DNA of 34,324 bases from Bacteroides fragilis (GTDB taxonomy: Bacteria; Bacteroidota; Bacteroidia; Chitinophagales; Chitinophagaceae). The notes under the pieces are model-generated. The model was not told where the DNA came from. It saw only the letters and a list, made by a program, of their open reading frames with translations, and made no database searches. Within the stretch, counting starts at the first letter, position 1; every line of letters begins with the position of its first letter. A program made the position numbers and the translations under genes. Of this stretch, positions 8,927 through 18,800 are shown in pieces. Where the stretch lies: assembly GCA_943372905.1 (NCBI GenBank), contig CALSAT010000001.1, positions 1 through 34,324 of the forward strand, read 5' to 3'.

Positions 8927-10192
8927 ATGGCGGACAACCAAATATCGCTTTTACAAGATGCCAGATCCCTTGTAACAGATCTCTTATCAAACAAACTTAG
9001 TAAAAGTATTAGGTTTCATACACTTTTACATACTCAAGAGGTGGTGACCGCCTGTGAAAAAATAGCTGACTCATATAAATTGGAAGATGATGACCGGTAT
9101 GCCTTATTGCTAGCTGCCTGGTTTCATGATACCGGTTATACCGGGGGCGATGCTAAAGATCATGAGTCGGTAAGCGTACGGCTTGCCATGGAATTTTTGA
9201 CGGCCCGCTCCGCCAGCGAAGACCTGAAAATCAAAGTAACAGGATGTATCAATGCCACCCGGATGCCACAAAGCCCCGATACTTTGCTGGAAAAAATAAT
9301 ATGTGATGCTGATCTGTTTCATCTTGGAACTGACAATTTCGAGGAAAAGAACCGCCTGCTCAGGGAAGAGCTGATTGAATTTGGCCGACACAATCTTTCA
9401 AAAAAAGATTGGCGCAGGATCAATATCCGTTTCCTCGAAAACCATAACTACTTCACTGTTTATGGAAAAGAAGTATTAACCCCTGTAAAGAGTCGGCACC
9501 TGGCTGCCCTGAAAGAAAAAGAGGCCTCAAACCATCCAGATATGAAACCGGAAAAAAAAGACAAACAAAAAGAGAAGGATAAAATTGCCCTGGAAGAAAA
9601 GAAAGCTGCCGATGCCAAAGCCAAAGCTAAACTGGAAAAGGAAAAACAATCTGAACGGGGTATAGCTACTGTTTTCCGTATAATGGCCCAGAATCAGAAC
9701 AACCTGAGCCAGATGGCCGATTCAAAAGCCAACATTCTCATCTCGGTAAACGCTATCATCCTGAGTATCGTTCTCTCTACTTTTGCCACCAAGCTGGCAG
9801 AGAACAGGAACCTGCTGATCCCGATTGTGCTGCTGATACTTGTTTGTGTGACAACGATCGTTTTTTCTATTCTGGCCACGCGGCCGAATGTAAATCATGG
9901 CAGGTTCACCGAAGAAGATATCAAGACAAAAAAAACCAACCTGCTTTTTTTTGGTAATTTTTTCCGCATGAGCCTGAAAGAGTACGACTGGGCCATGCAG
10001 GAAATGCTGGCCGATAAAGATTACCTGTACACCAGCATTGTAAAAGACAATTATTTTCTGGGGGTGGTACTGGCAAAAAAATACCGGCTACTGCGTTATG
10101 CTTACAACATATTCATGTTCGGCCTGATACTTGCCATGATCGCCTTTGCCATTGCGGTAATGATGCCAAAGCAGGCGGAAATATATGTGTAA
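8927..10192 (+). CDS. HD-domain + Pycsar effector (PycTM/DUF5706) membrane protein
   Basis: ATG at 8927; FHTLLHT, AAWFHDTG and CDADL (HD superfamily); K/E-rich linker; C-terminal ERGIATVFR...LSQMADSKANILISVN, ATRP, NLLFFGNF and KKYRLLRYAY with 3 TM helices. Confidence 0.85.
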   Translation: MADNQISLLQDARSLVTDLLSNKLSKSIRFHTLLHTQEVVTACEKIADSYKLEDDDRYALLLAAWFHDTGYTGGDAKDHESVSVRLAMEFLTARSASEDLKIKVTGCINATRMPQSPDTLLEKIICDADLFHLGTDNFEEKNRLLREELIEFGRHNLSKKDWRRINIRFLENHNYFTVYGKEVLTPVKSRHLAALKEKEASNHPDMKPEKKDKQKEKDKIALEEKKAADAKAKAKLEKEKQSERGIATVFRIMAQNQNNLSQMADSKANILISVNAIILSIVLSTFATKLAENRNLLIPIVLLILVCVTTIVFSILATRPNVNHGRFTEEDIKTKKTNLLFFGNFFRMSLKEYDWAMQEMLADKDYLYTSIVKDNYFLGVVLAKKYRLLRYAYNIFMFGLILAMIAFAIAVMMPKQAEIYV

Positions 10193-10207
10193 TTAAACAA
10201 GGATCTG

Positions 10208-10933
10208 TTATATCCCTTCAAATAAATCGAGGAATTCTTTTTTCTTGTTACGGCTCACTTCCACTTCCTGGCCGTCCGTCATAATTATGGTACCTCCTTC
10301 GCCACGTACATAGCGGCTGATGAATTGCAGGTTGATAATATAGGATTTGTGCGGCCTGAAAAAACTGTACCCTTCCAGCGCTTCCTCTACCTGTTTAAGC
10401 GTTTTGCTGGCAGTCAGTTTCCGCTTGTCGGCAAAATGAAAAACAGAATAATTGCTTTCTGCTTCCACCCTTATTATATCCTTAATATTGATAAAATGCA
10501 CTCCTTCCAGGGAAGGCACCGCTATTTTATCAAACAGGGTATTGATCAGCCGGGAAGTGGTAGTTTTCTTGCTGCGGGCCAGTTTCTCCTCCAGCCGGGT
10601 GATACATTTTACGAGGTCATTCTCGTCTATTGGTTTCAGCAGGTAATCAAAAGCAGTTAACCGTATTGCTTCCACCGAATATTTTTCATAGGCCGTTACA
10701 AATACTATGTCAGCACGGTCGCCGATGCGTGCCGCAATGCTCAACCCGTTTACACCCGGCATTTCAATATCCAGGAATATCACATCCGGAGTATGTTCTT
10801 CCAGCCATGCAAGAGCTTTGCCGGGTTCTGTAAATATTTCCAGCACATTTACCTGCGGGCAAAATTTTTTCAGCTTTAAGCCGGCTACCTCAGCACTCTT
10901 AAACTCATCGTCTATTATTATTGCTGTTATCAT
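10208..10933 (-). CDS. LytTR-family DNA-binding response regulator
   Basis: Receiver motifs IIDDE, FLDIEMP, FVTAY and YLLKP; LytTR motifs FFRPHKSYIINL and VSRNKK. Confidence 0.95.
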   Translation of the reverse strand: MITAIIIDDEFKSAEVAGLKLKKFCPQVNVLEIFTEPGKALAWLEEHTPDVIFLDIEMPGVNGLSIAARIGDRADIVFVTAYEKYSVEAIRLTAFDYLLKPIDENDLVKCITRLEEKLARSKKTTTSRLINTLFDKIAVPSLEGVHFINIKDIIRVEAESNYSVFHFADKRKLTASKTLKQVEEALEGYSFFRPHKSYIINLQFISRYVRGEGGTIIMTDGQEVEVSRNKKKEFLDLFEGI

Positions 10934-10936
10934 TGG

Positions 10937-12850
10937 TTACTTTGTTTTGGGGATTTGTATGTTCACGACCGTACCTGTTTTTCCGGGTTCTGCAAGGTCA
11001 GCGACTGTAACGTTGCTCTTGCCCGGCATCAGCTCCAGCCGCTGCCTCGTTAGTTGCTGTGCCATACTGGTATGCACTTTTCCATTCCGTTCATTGACTT
11101 GTCCGGAGGCAAGCCTGCCAATACCATTGTCTGTAATGCTGATCATAATACTATCTCCGGCATCAGTCATACTGATGAGCAATTCCCCTCCGGCATGGCC
11201 GGCAGGCAAATGGCGAAAGCCATGCAATATGGCATTTTCTGCATAGGGCTGCAGCAGTAATGGCGGAATTTTATAATGACCGTTCAGCAGTTCCTTTGGC
11301 ACCTCCATCCTGAAGCTGAATGAGTGGTCGAAACGTTCTTGTTCAAGTTTGATATACAGTTCCAGCGATTCCAATTCTTTATCTAATCCGATCAGTTTAT
11401 ACTGGCTGTTTTCAAGTACCTGTCGGATAAGCCGGGAAAACCTGTTAAGGAAAGCAGATGCCTTTTCCGGTTGCTCTTTAAAAATATATGCATCAATGGT
11501 GTGCATACAATTAAAAATAAAATGCGGGTTCATCTGGGCCCGCAGGGCTTTCATTTCTGCTTCCGCCTTTTGCACAGTAATACCTGCCAGTTGCTGAGTT
11601 TCCAGCTTATTGCGGTAAGCAAGCCCCAGCGTGAAGAACAGCATTTCAAAAATATTTCCAATCATCAGTAGCGGTGTACCACTTCCCAGTGATGGAAGAA
11701 AAGCATATGGAGTATCTCTCACCATTTCATAAGCTGCCCCCAGAGAATAAAAGATGACGAGACAGAGCAGCCCTCCATAAATAAACCTTCGTAAAGGCTG
11801 GTTCACTTTCCGGAGGGCATATAAAACATAAAGGCCTGCAATTAGAATTATCACCCCAATAGTCGAATTCAGTTTGATCAGCCAGGTAATATCACGGAAC
11901 GTCCATGCATAAACCAGGCTTATAATTCCGGCGATCAGAATAACATTGCTGCCAGCCTTAAGGTATTTGCCAAGAAAACTGTTTGTTTTATCGAGGTATA
12001 GAAATTTCCGTACAAAGCGCCAGTAAGCAAACATGCTGAGGAAAATAAAGCTGTCGGTACTCAGGTGGTTGATCATCGGGTATTCGGCAAACCAATACTG
12101 GTTATTTTGTTCTTTAAAATAATTAAACAAAAAATAAGCGATGCTGGCAAAAATGGTGATAGCATAATATAAATACGCCGCATCTTTCTGGTACAGCCAT
12201 TTGATCACTATATACACCATCATTATCAGGAACATGCCAATGCCGGTAAAGAAAATATGATCCGGCACACGGCTTTTATCCAGCAATTTTCCCTGTACCT
12301 CACTCAACGAAGAACGGCTCATCAGGTATGGACGGAAAGGATCGACCTGGTAGGTGGTGAGATTTTTAATGCTGATATAAAAAGTACTGATGGCGGCTCC
12401 CCGTACCGGCAAAGTAAGGGCCTGCCTGAAATGAGGAATGCTCAATTGAGAAGCAGGCAGCATATTACCGCATAGCCCCACTTGGGTATAGCGTCCTGCA
12501 GCAGCCTGGTAGGCATTTACAAAATTCTGAAACCCTGGATAAAAAACAACTGTGGTATCATGGACTAGCCGATTATCTATCTCAATTTTTATCCACCAGG
12601 TCTTGTCGGGCGGAAGATGTTTGTCGGTAGATGTGAAAAAGTGCGAGAAAGGATTAAACAATCTGCTTGCAGCTTCCGATGGCGGCAGGGAATTACTTTC
12701 ATCCATGAAGAAGCCGGCATTATTCAGATATAGGGGAAAGGGTTGCTGCAGTACATGATTGCTGTCAAGTACCACCGGTTGCGCACATAGTCCAGCACGA
12801 AGTGTGAGGAAATACATGCAAATCAGTATGGGTAAAACCAATCGTTTCAT
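10937..12850 (-). CDS. LytS/YehU-type sensor histidine kinase with 7TM-DISM extracellular and 7TM domains
   Basis: Signal peptide, periplasmic domain and 7 TM helices; ALRAQMNPHFIFN, IPPLLLQPYAENAILHG, DNGIGR and GTVV. Lies 3 bp from the response regulator. Confidence 0.93.
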   Translation of the reverse strand: MKRLVLPILICMYFLTLRAGLCAQPVVLDSNHVLQQPFPLYLNNAGFFMDESNSLPPSEAASRLFNPFSHFFTSTDKHLPPDKTWWIKIEIDNRLVHDTTVVFYPGFQNFVNAYQAAAGRYTQVGLCGNMLPASQLSIPHFRQALTLPVRGAAISTFYISIKNLTTYQVDPFRPYLMSRSSLSEVQGKLLDKSRVPDHIFFTGIGMFLIMMVYIVIKWLYQKDAAYLYYAITIFASIAYFLFNYFKEQNNQYWFAEYPMINHLSTDSFIFLSMFAYWRFVRKFLYLDKTNSFLGKYLKAGSNVILIAGIISLVYAWTFRDITWLIKLNSTIGVIILIAGLYVLYALRKVNQPLRRFIYGGLLCLVIFYSLGAAYEMVRDTPYAFLPSLGSGTPLLMIGNIFEMLFFTLGLAYRNKLETQQLAGITVQKAEAEMKALRAQMNPHFIFNCMHTIDAYIFKEQPEKASAFLNRFSRLIRQVLENSQYKLIGLDKELESLELYIKLEQERFDHSFSFRMEVPKELLNGHYKIPPLLLQPYAENAILHGFRHLPAGHAGGELLISMTDAGDSIMISITDNGIGRLASGQVNERNGKVHTSMAQQLTRQRLELMPGKSNVTVADLAEPGKTGTVVNIQIPKTK

Positions 12851-12909
12851 CGCAGAAAGATGAAATTAGTTATTTATTTAAGTCATACCGGCTGCCGAAT
12901 CGGCTTTTT

Positions 12910-12936
12910 GCTCATTCATGTCCGCAATTGGCTCAT
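12910..12936 (+). promoter_or_regulatory. Candidate LytTR binding site (direct repeat)
   Basis: GCTCAT at 12910 and 12931 (21-bp period) in the 130-bp gap between the HK gene and the divergent operon. LytTR domains bind direct repeats about two helical turns apart. Confidence 0.5.
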
Positions 12937-12980
12937 GCTTGCCCCCGGCAGCAGCTGTATCATATATTTTAGTGCCGCAA

Positions 12981-13535
12981 ATGAAAAGTATCCTGATTGT
13001 CTGGTTATTGTCTGCAATGCTGGCCGGGTGCCAAACCGGGTTAGACACCAATAATCCAGCAAGAGCAAAGGAAAGCTCTGCAACCGGCCCGGTGATAGAA
13101 GATTCGGGTATTCAATTTTCCCTGGCGGGAATGAAGAACTGCAGCTACCCGGTTAATGATCCGCTGTTTGAAAAAAAGCATAACAGGAAACTGGTGCTGC
13201 TGCAGGTTCAGGTACGCTGTATACGGGCTGACAGGAAGGAAAGTGCAATACCCGGTGAACCCACCCTTACAGATAACAGGGGCAATGAATATGAATCTTT
13301 TCCATCGGTGATAGCGATGGCGCAAACCAGTGGCTGTATCGGTAATGATGACATAAGGGATTATAATGCCATCTGGAACGGAAACATGAATACCGGTGAA
13401 AACTATACTGCCTGGGTGCTGGGATTTGAACTGCCGGAAAATGCAGTTCCCGAAAAACTGTACTGGAATCGCAGATGGAGAAATAAGGAGCTATTTTTTG
13501 ATTTCAATGCAATGAAATATACCGTTAATCATTAA
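12981..13535 (+). CDS. Lipoprotein, possibly DUF4352-like Ig fold
   Basis: ATG at 12981 gives MKSILIVWLLSAMLAGC (lipobox); LTDNRGNEY and GFELPENAVPEKLYW are typical of DUF4352-like proteins. Confidence 0.65.
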   Translation: MKSILIVWLLSAMLAGCQTGLDTNNPARAKESSATGPVIEDSGIQFSLAGMKNCSYPVNDPLFEKKHNRKLVLLQVQVRCIRADRKESAIPGEPTLTDNRGNEYESFPSVIAMAQTSGCIGNDDIRDYNAIWNGNMNTGENYTAWVLGFELPENAVPEKLYWNRRWRNKELFFDFNAMKYTVNH

Positions 13536-13572
13536 ACACTTATCTGATAGTTATTATTAAACCAAAACAAGT

Positions 13573-15006
13573 ATGAAAAAGATCCTTCTGTTACCTGCGC
13601 TGCTGGCATGCATACTGCTGAATGCCCAGAATGTTGGCATAGGCACCAACACCCCGTCTGACAAACTACATGTGATGGACCCTTCAAATGACGTTAGGGT
13701 TATGGTGGAAAGTCCGGCCGCAGGCAGTTATGCAGAAATAAGGTTATTGGCCGGCGCCAATCCTTTCAGTTTTTTACAATTCACCAAATTTGCTCCCGGA
13801 GCACTTGGCTCTTTTGCCGGCTTGCCCAAAGATAATCTCAGTGTCATTGGAACGGGTGGCAATGGCGGCTCAATGGTACTGTCAACCGGTGACGGAGTAT
13901 CTCCTCTGATCATTGCTGCCGGCGCAGGTGAAAGAATGAGAATACTTAGCAACGGGCAGGTAAGTATTGGAACCAGCACACCTGCTGTCACTGGAAAGTT
14001 GCATGTACATGATGATATTGCCAACCAGGATGTAAGTATTGTGATGACTAATTCTCTGACAGGCCCCAACAATCTCCGGGGTATGCGGCTTCGTTTATTA
14101 AACTCGGATGTTTCTCTTAACAACTTTGAGCTGACAGGGAAAATACAATTCGCCACCGCATTTAATAACCGGATGACGATTGACGCCACAGGCAATGTGG
14201 GCATTGGCACCACCACCCCCGCCAACAAACTGGACATCGTTAATAATGACAATACCGACGGAATCAATATTCAGCACAATGGCAGTAATACGTTTGGCGC
14301 CTATATTAATATGGGCAGCTCTCCGGGAAATATCGGGATGCTGATTACAAATTCAGTTAATTATACCCCGGGCGGCAGCAGATCATTGGGTCTATGGGCA
14401 ATTTCCGGAAGTGGGTCGCTGTCAAACTTTTTACCTACCATCAACTACGGCCTGGTGGGGGAGTGCAGAAACCCTTCTTTGGGTGGAGGTGTGCTGGGCA
14501 TCAGCAATGCTCCATCTCCAGGTTTGTTTACCGGTGGTGTACTCGGAACCAACTTCAGCACTGACCCGGAAGCTTATGGTGTAGTAGGCCTTACCAACAG
14601 CAGTAATGGTGCCGGCGTAGCTGGTAAAACCACCAACGGTTCAACAGGCGTGTATGGATATGCTATAAATGCTACCGGCCCTGCTATGAAAGCAGAAGCA
14701 CTGGGCACTTCCACTACAGCATTGGAAATAAAAAATGGAGCTATAAAAGTAAGCGGTGCTAACCCTACGGTATTTCAACACGTAGCTACAGCAGGTAATA
14801 TAACTCTTAATACAACCGAAATCCCCAACACTAGCCTGGCCAACAGCCCCACCGACCTGCTCATCATCACACCCTATTGGGATGGAACATATGTAAATTC
14901 ACCACTGGGTGTGTATTTTACAGGTAGCAACTGGCGCATCTTCCGGCAAGACCAGCAGGTTTTACCCGCAGGTACAAAGTTTAATGTACTAGTGGTGAAA
15001 CAATAA
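13573..15006 (+). CDS. Secreted fibre-like protein with GIGT repeats, GVxG beta-helix-like repeats and a C-terminal ~75-aa module (DUF7452-like)
   Basis: Signal peptide ending LNA-Q; three NVGIGTxTP..KL(H/D)(V/I)-type repeats; run of GLVG/GVLG/GVVG/GVAG/GVYG; C-terminal FQHVATAGN...WRIFRQDQQVLPAGTKFNVLV. Confidence 0.75.
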   Translation: MKKILLLPALLACILLNAQNVGIGTNTPSDKLHVMDPSNDVRVMVESPAAGSYAEIRLLAGANPFSFLQFTKFAPGALGSFAGLPKDNLSVIGTGGNGGSMVLSTGDGVSPLIIAAGAGERMRILSNGQVSIGTSTPAVTGKLHVHDDIANQDVSIVMTNSLTGPNNLRGMRLRLLNSDVSLNNFELTGKIQFATAFNNRMTIDATGNVGIGTTTPANKLDIVNNDNTDGINIQHNGSNTFGAYINMGSSPGNIGMLITNSVNYTPGGSRSLGLWAISGSGSLSNFLPTINYGLVGECRNPSLGGGVLGISNAPSPGLFTGGVLGTNFSTDPEAYGVVGLTNSSNGAGVAGKTTNGSTGVYGYAINATGPAMKAEALGTSTTALEIKNGAIKVSGANPTVFQHVATAGNITLNTTEIPNTSLANSPTDLLIITPYWDGTYVNSPLGVYFTGSNWRIFRQDQQVLPAGTKFNVLVVKQ

Positions 15007-15031
15007 TCATAAATTTAAAACTATACTCAGC

Positions 15032-15688
15032 ATGAAAGCATTACTTCTTCCCATTTGCACTTTAACCCTTTTTGCCTGTGGCAGTAATAAAACAAAAGAC
15101 AGTGCAGAACCAACTACAACGCAAACTGTAACCGATACACCTGCCGGTGAAAAAACTGCCACACCCCCCGATGCGGAAAAAGCCATAGTATCTTTCAGGA
15201 TAAACGACACAACAGCCAGCACCCAAAAAGGCGGAAACAACGACAGGGATGAACATATTGGTATGTACACAGAGAGTACCGGCTATTTCTCCCTATCCTT
15301 AATGGGTGATGTACCTGGCAGGCCTCACAGGGGTTGGGTTAATTTTAGTTTGAAGGGGTTTAAGTTCGAGCCCGGTTCTTATACAGTTTCAAAAGATAAT
15401 TTTGTCAGCTTTTCCCGCTACGAAACAGAAAATGCAGGTGGAGAAGTTGGTTACGAAGCCAGCGGCTTAGATGTATTCAAAGGAACAGAAATGAATCTTA
15501 CTATTACTAAAATTGTTCCCGATCCGGATTCTTTTAATGGCAGGGACTGGTTAGCCACTGGTACATTTTCAGCTAAAATGCTAATAAAGGAACATAACCC
15601 TTATAAACGAACCTCCAATGAAGGGCTGACTCTTTCAGAAGGAACATTTGAGAATGTGAGAATAGCAGGCGGACCAAAACATAAATAA
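15032..15688 (+). CDS. Hypothetical lipoprotein
   Basis: Lipobox LFAC, T/P-rich tether and beta-rich domain. Confidence 0.8.
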   Translation: MKALLLPICTLTLFACGSNKTKDSAEPTTTQTVTDTPAGEKTATPPDAEKAIVSFRINDTTASTQKGGNNDRDEHIGMYTESTGYFSLSLMGDVPGRPHRGWVNFSLKGFKFEPGSYTVSKDNFVSFSRYETENAGGEVGYEASGLDVFKGTEMNLTITKIVPDPDSFNGRDWLATGTFSAKMLIKEHNPYKRTSNEGLTLSEGTFENVRIAGGPKHK

Positions 15689-15731
15689 TTAACAAGCTAT
15701 GCGGTGAGAATTTCATTCTGCCTGTTCACTT

Positions 15732-15758
15732 CATGCAGCCTTTATTCCGGGCTGCATG
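15732..15758 (+). terminator. Intergenic hairpin (weak terminator or mRNA stability element)
   Basis: CATGCAGCC-N9-GGCTGCATG followed by TTGTATT. Confidence 0.35.
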
Positions 15759-15815
15759 TTGTATTAATTCAAAAAAGGAACAACCGATACTACCAACTCT
15801 TTAAAAAGGAAAAAG

Positions 15816-18800
15816 ATGAAAAAAACAGCCTTCCTGCTACTTTTATTAAGTGGCTATTTTGCTGAAGCCCAGCAAAAACTACAGCATATTTCTTCTGCAC
15901 AGAATATCGGCAACAACTCCACCTTCATTAATGCAGAAGGGCTGAACAATAATCCCAATGCCATCATCATTGTAGAGTATGATGCGGTTACAGCCAAAGC
16001 CAATACCCATGCAGTTGGCACTTGGTATACCGGCAGCCAATGGGCCATCTTCAACCAGGATTTGGCAGCTATGCCCGCCGGCCTCACCTTCAACCTTACC
16101 TGGAAAAATGCAGATGCCAATGCCTTTGTACATAAAGTGGTAAATGGAAATAATATACTTGACCACCCTTCACTCAATAATAACCCTTCCGCTTCTTTCT
16201 ATGCCTCACAGGTATGGAACCCGGGCGGCGCAGGAGGTGTTTATAACAATGCAAATATTGCCCTGTCCTATAATCAGCAACTGGCTAAGTGGGAAGTAAA
16301 AAATCAAACCGGCGCACCCCTGCCCGAAGGTTCAGCATTTAATATCTTAGTTGGCAATTCTGGCAAAAATAGCATGGCTGTAATAAAAAATAACCCTGCT
16401 ATCGCCAACTTGCCCCCAGTAAAAAATCAGCCTGTCACCAATCCAGTGATAAACAATCCAAACGTAGCAGTTATTGACCCTTCTGTCATTCAAGCCGTAA
16501 GCTCAGCAACCGCCAATCTTGGGTTTGAAGAAACATTTCTTAGCTGGAAGACCACCGGGACTGCTTTTAGTTTTCAACCGGTATCAGGTAATACTGTTGT
16601 GTCAGACCGTATGCTTTCCCGAATGCAATACACTGCCGGTGGTATTGGCGGCGATTACTGGAAAGGAATTGCTTATAACATCGGGCATAAAGGGAACAAC
16701 TGGATTGGCACTTATGAAAACGGCGCAGGTGATGCACCCATCGGTACACTTACTTCTAAACCCATAAAGGCGGATAAACAATATTTAACTTTTTTGCTTG
16801 GCGGCGGAAATGATATTAATAAACTCTATGCAGAACTGCAGGTTAAAAAAACTGATTACGAGGCAGTATGGGGCGCCGGTAAGCGGGGGTTGTATGGTGA
16901 TACAGAAGATGGTTTTACCTGTGTAAACAGGATAACACCGCTGATTAATTCAGAAGAACTGTTCCGTTATTATTTTGATTTAAGCGGGGAATTGAATAAC
17001 CAGTTTGCCGGAAAAACCATCCGCATACGCCTGGTGGATGAAAAGTCAACCGGGTGGGGACATATTAATGCAGATGATTTTTTGTTTAAAGACAACCTGG
17101 ATGATTTTATTTATTTCATGAAAGGGGGCATCGGGCTCTATGCCGATAAAGACAAACCCGTTTTTGGTTTTGCCGATACCCATGCTCATTGGGTAAACCA
17201 TGTTGGCTTAAACAATTTTATGTGGGGCAGCCCAGGGGGCAAGTTAGAAACAAGCAATGTAGCAAGAGATATTCCGCCCTGCGATGGGCACAACCATGGA
17301 TTACCAACTGTAACGCCGGGTTTATTTTTAGCAATAGTAGAGAATAAAGCTATGAACCGTTTGGGTGAGCGGCTTGCTAATGTTGGCAACGCCACTTGTG
17401 CTACTTTAGCTTTACCCTGTATGGTAGCCGCAGGCGCCACTTCTGCTGTAGGCGCAGCTTTTGGGTCCATTGGCCAGGGTGCATCAGGTGCTTATGCAAA
17501 AACCGGCGCTTTAGATGCTACTATCACTACAGCCCTTTACACAATGGCTGCCTGTGTTCCTTTCCAGGCTTGCGGCCATCAGTTTGTAAAAGATGTTTTT
17601 GCCAAACACTATGGTAATAATGTTCCTGAAAATAATCCAGCAGTCAGCAACTATGTTGATTTCCCGGCATGGAACTCGTTTGCACATCAAACCATGCACA
17701 TCAGTTGGGTGCGCCGCAGCTATGATGGAGGGCAACGGCTGATGGTAGTGCCTGTTGGCGTAGCCAAAAGCTGGGAGTTTAACACCACCAGTGATGGAGC
17801 GATGCGCCCGGCATTTACACATATTCAAAACGCCGTAGCAGCACTTAAAGAATTAGTAAGATTAAACAACGACTGGATGCAGATTGCGTATTCATCCGCC
17901 GAAGCAAAAAAGATTATTCTGGAAAACAAGATGGCCATTGTTATTGGACTTGAACAAGCCGAGATTGGCAGCTATTTTTCTTCCCCGCAACAAGAAGTAA
18001 ATGAATTGTACAAGCTGGGTATCCGCCACTTCTTCCCTATACATAATATTGATAACAACCTGGGCGGGGCTGCCGTTTTTAATAGCGCTATCAACTCCTA
18101 CAATGATTTGGTGAACCGTGGAAAAAATAATGGCGAGCTAACCTGCCTGAATGTAAAAGAAGGCATCAGTAACTATGATGAAACAAGGGTAAATGTAAAA
18201 TTAGAAAGAGGGATAATGCGGCAGGAAATGCGTTTTATGCCCATTATAGGTTTTGGCAACATCCCTTTCTTCTATAAAAATGAGGTGCCTTCCCGATATA
18301 ATTATGAAAGCTATATAAGCCATAAAAATGCAACCGGCCTCACTGCAACAGGTTTCGCTTATATCAAAGAACTGATGAAGAAAGGTGCGATAATAGATAT
18401 AGACCACATGAGTGATGATGCGCAAAATATGACAGTGAGGGAACTGCAGCGAAACAACTACCCGCTTCTCTCAGGGCATACCAATTTCCGCGACTTGCGA
18501 AGAGAAGGTACCGAAACAGAAGGAGATGGTAGAGAGGCCCGGCTAAAAACAGAGTTTACAATTTATAACTCAAGGGCTACAGAGATTATTAACTCCGGTG
18601 GGATGTTTGGTCTGATGAACCAGCAGAATAATGTAAAAAATGCACCAGGTTGCACCATCCCCAATACATCTGCCGGCGGTACTTCCTCCTTTATACAGGC
18701 TTATTGGTATGCATTGCAAAAGGGAGGGGAAGAACATGGCATCGCCTTTGGCTCAGATGCAAATGGTTTTGCCCCGCAGGTAGCGCCCCGTTTTGGTACG

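Noticed and set aside
6230-10192. Calling this a canonical Pycsar defence system
   Set aside because: The genes are not an adjacent two-gene operon, the cyclase is membrane-bound, the effector is HD-fused, and there is no defence-island context. Kept only as a hypothesis.
13573-15006. Prophage tail fibre
   Set aside because: It has a Sec signal peptide and no phage genes nearby. GIGT-repeat proteins are common cellular proteins in Bacteroidota.
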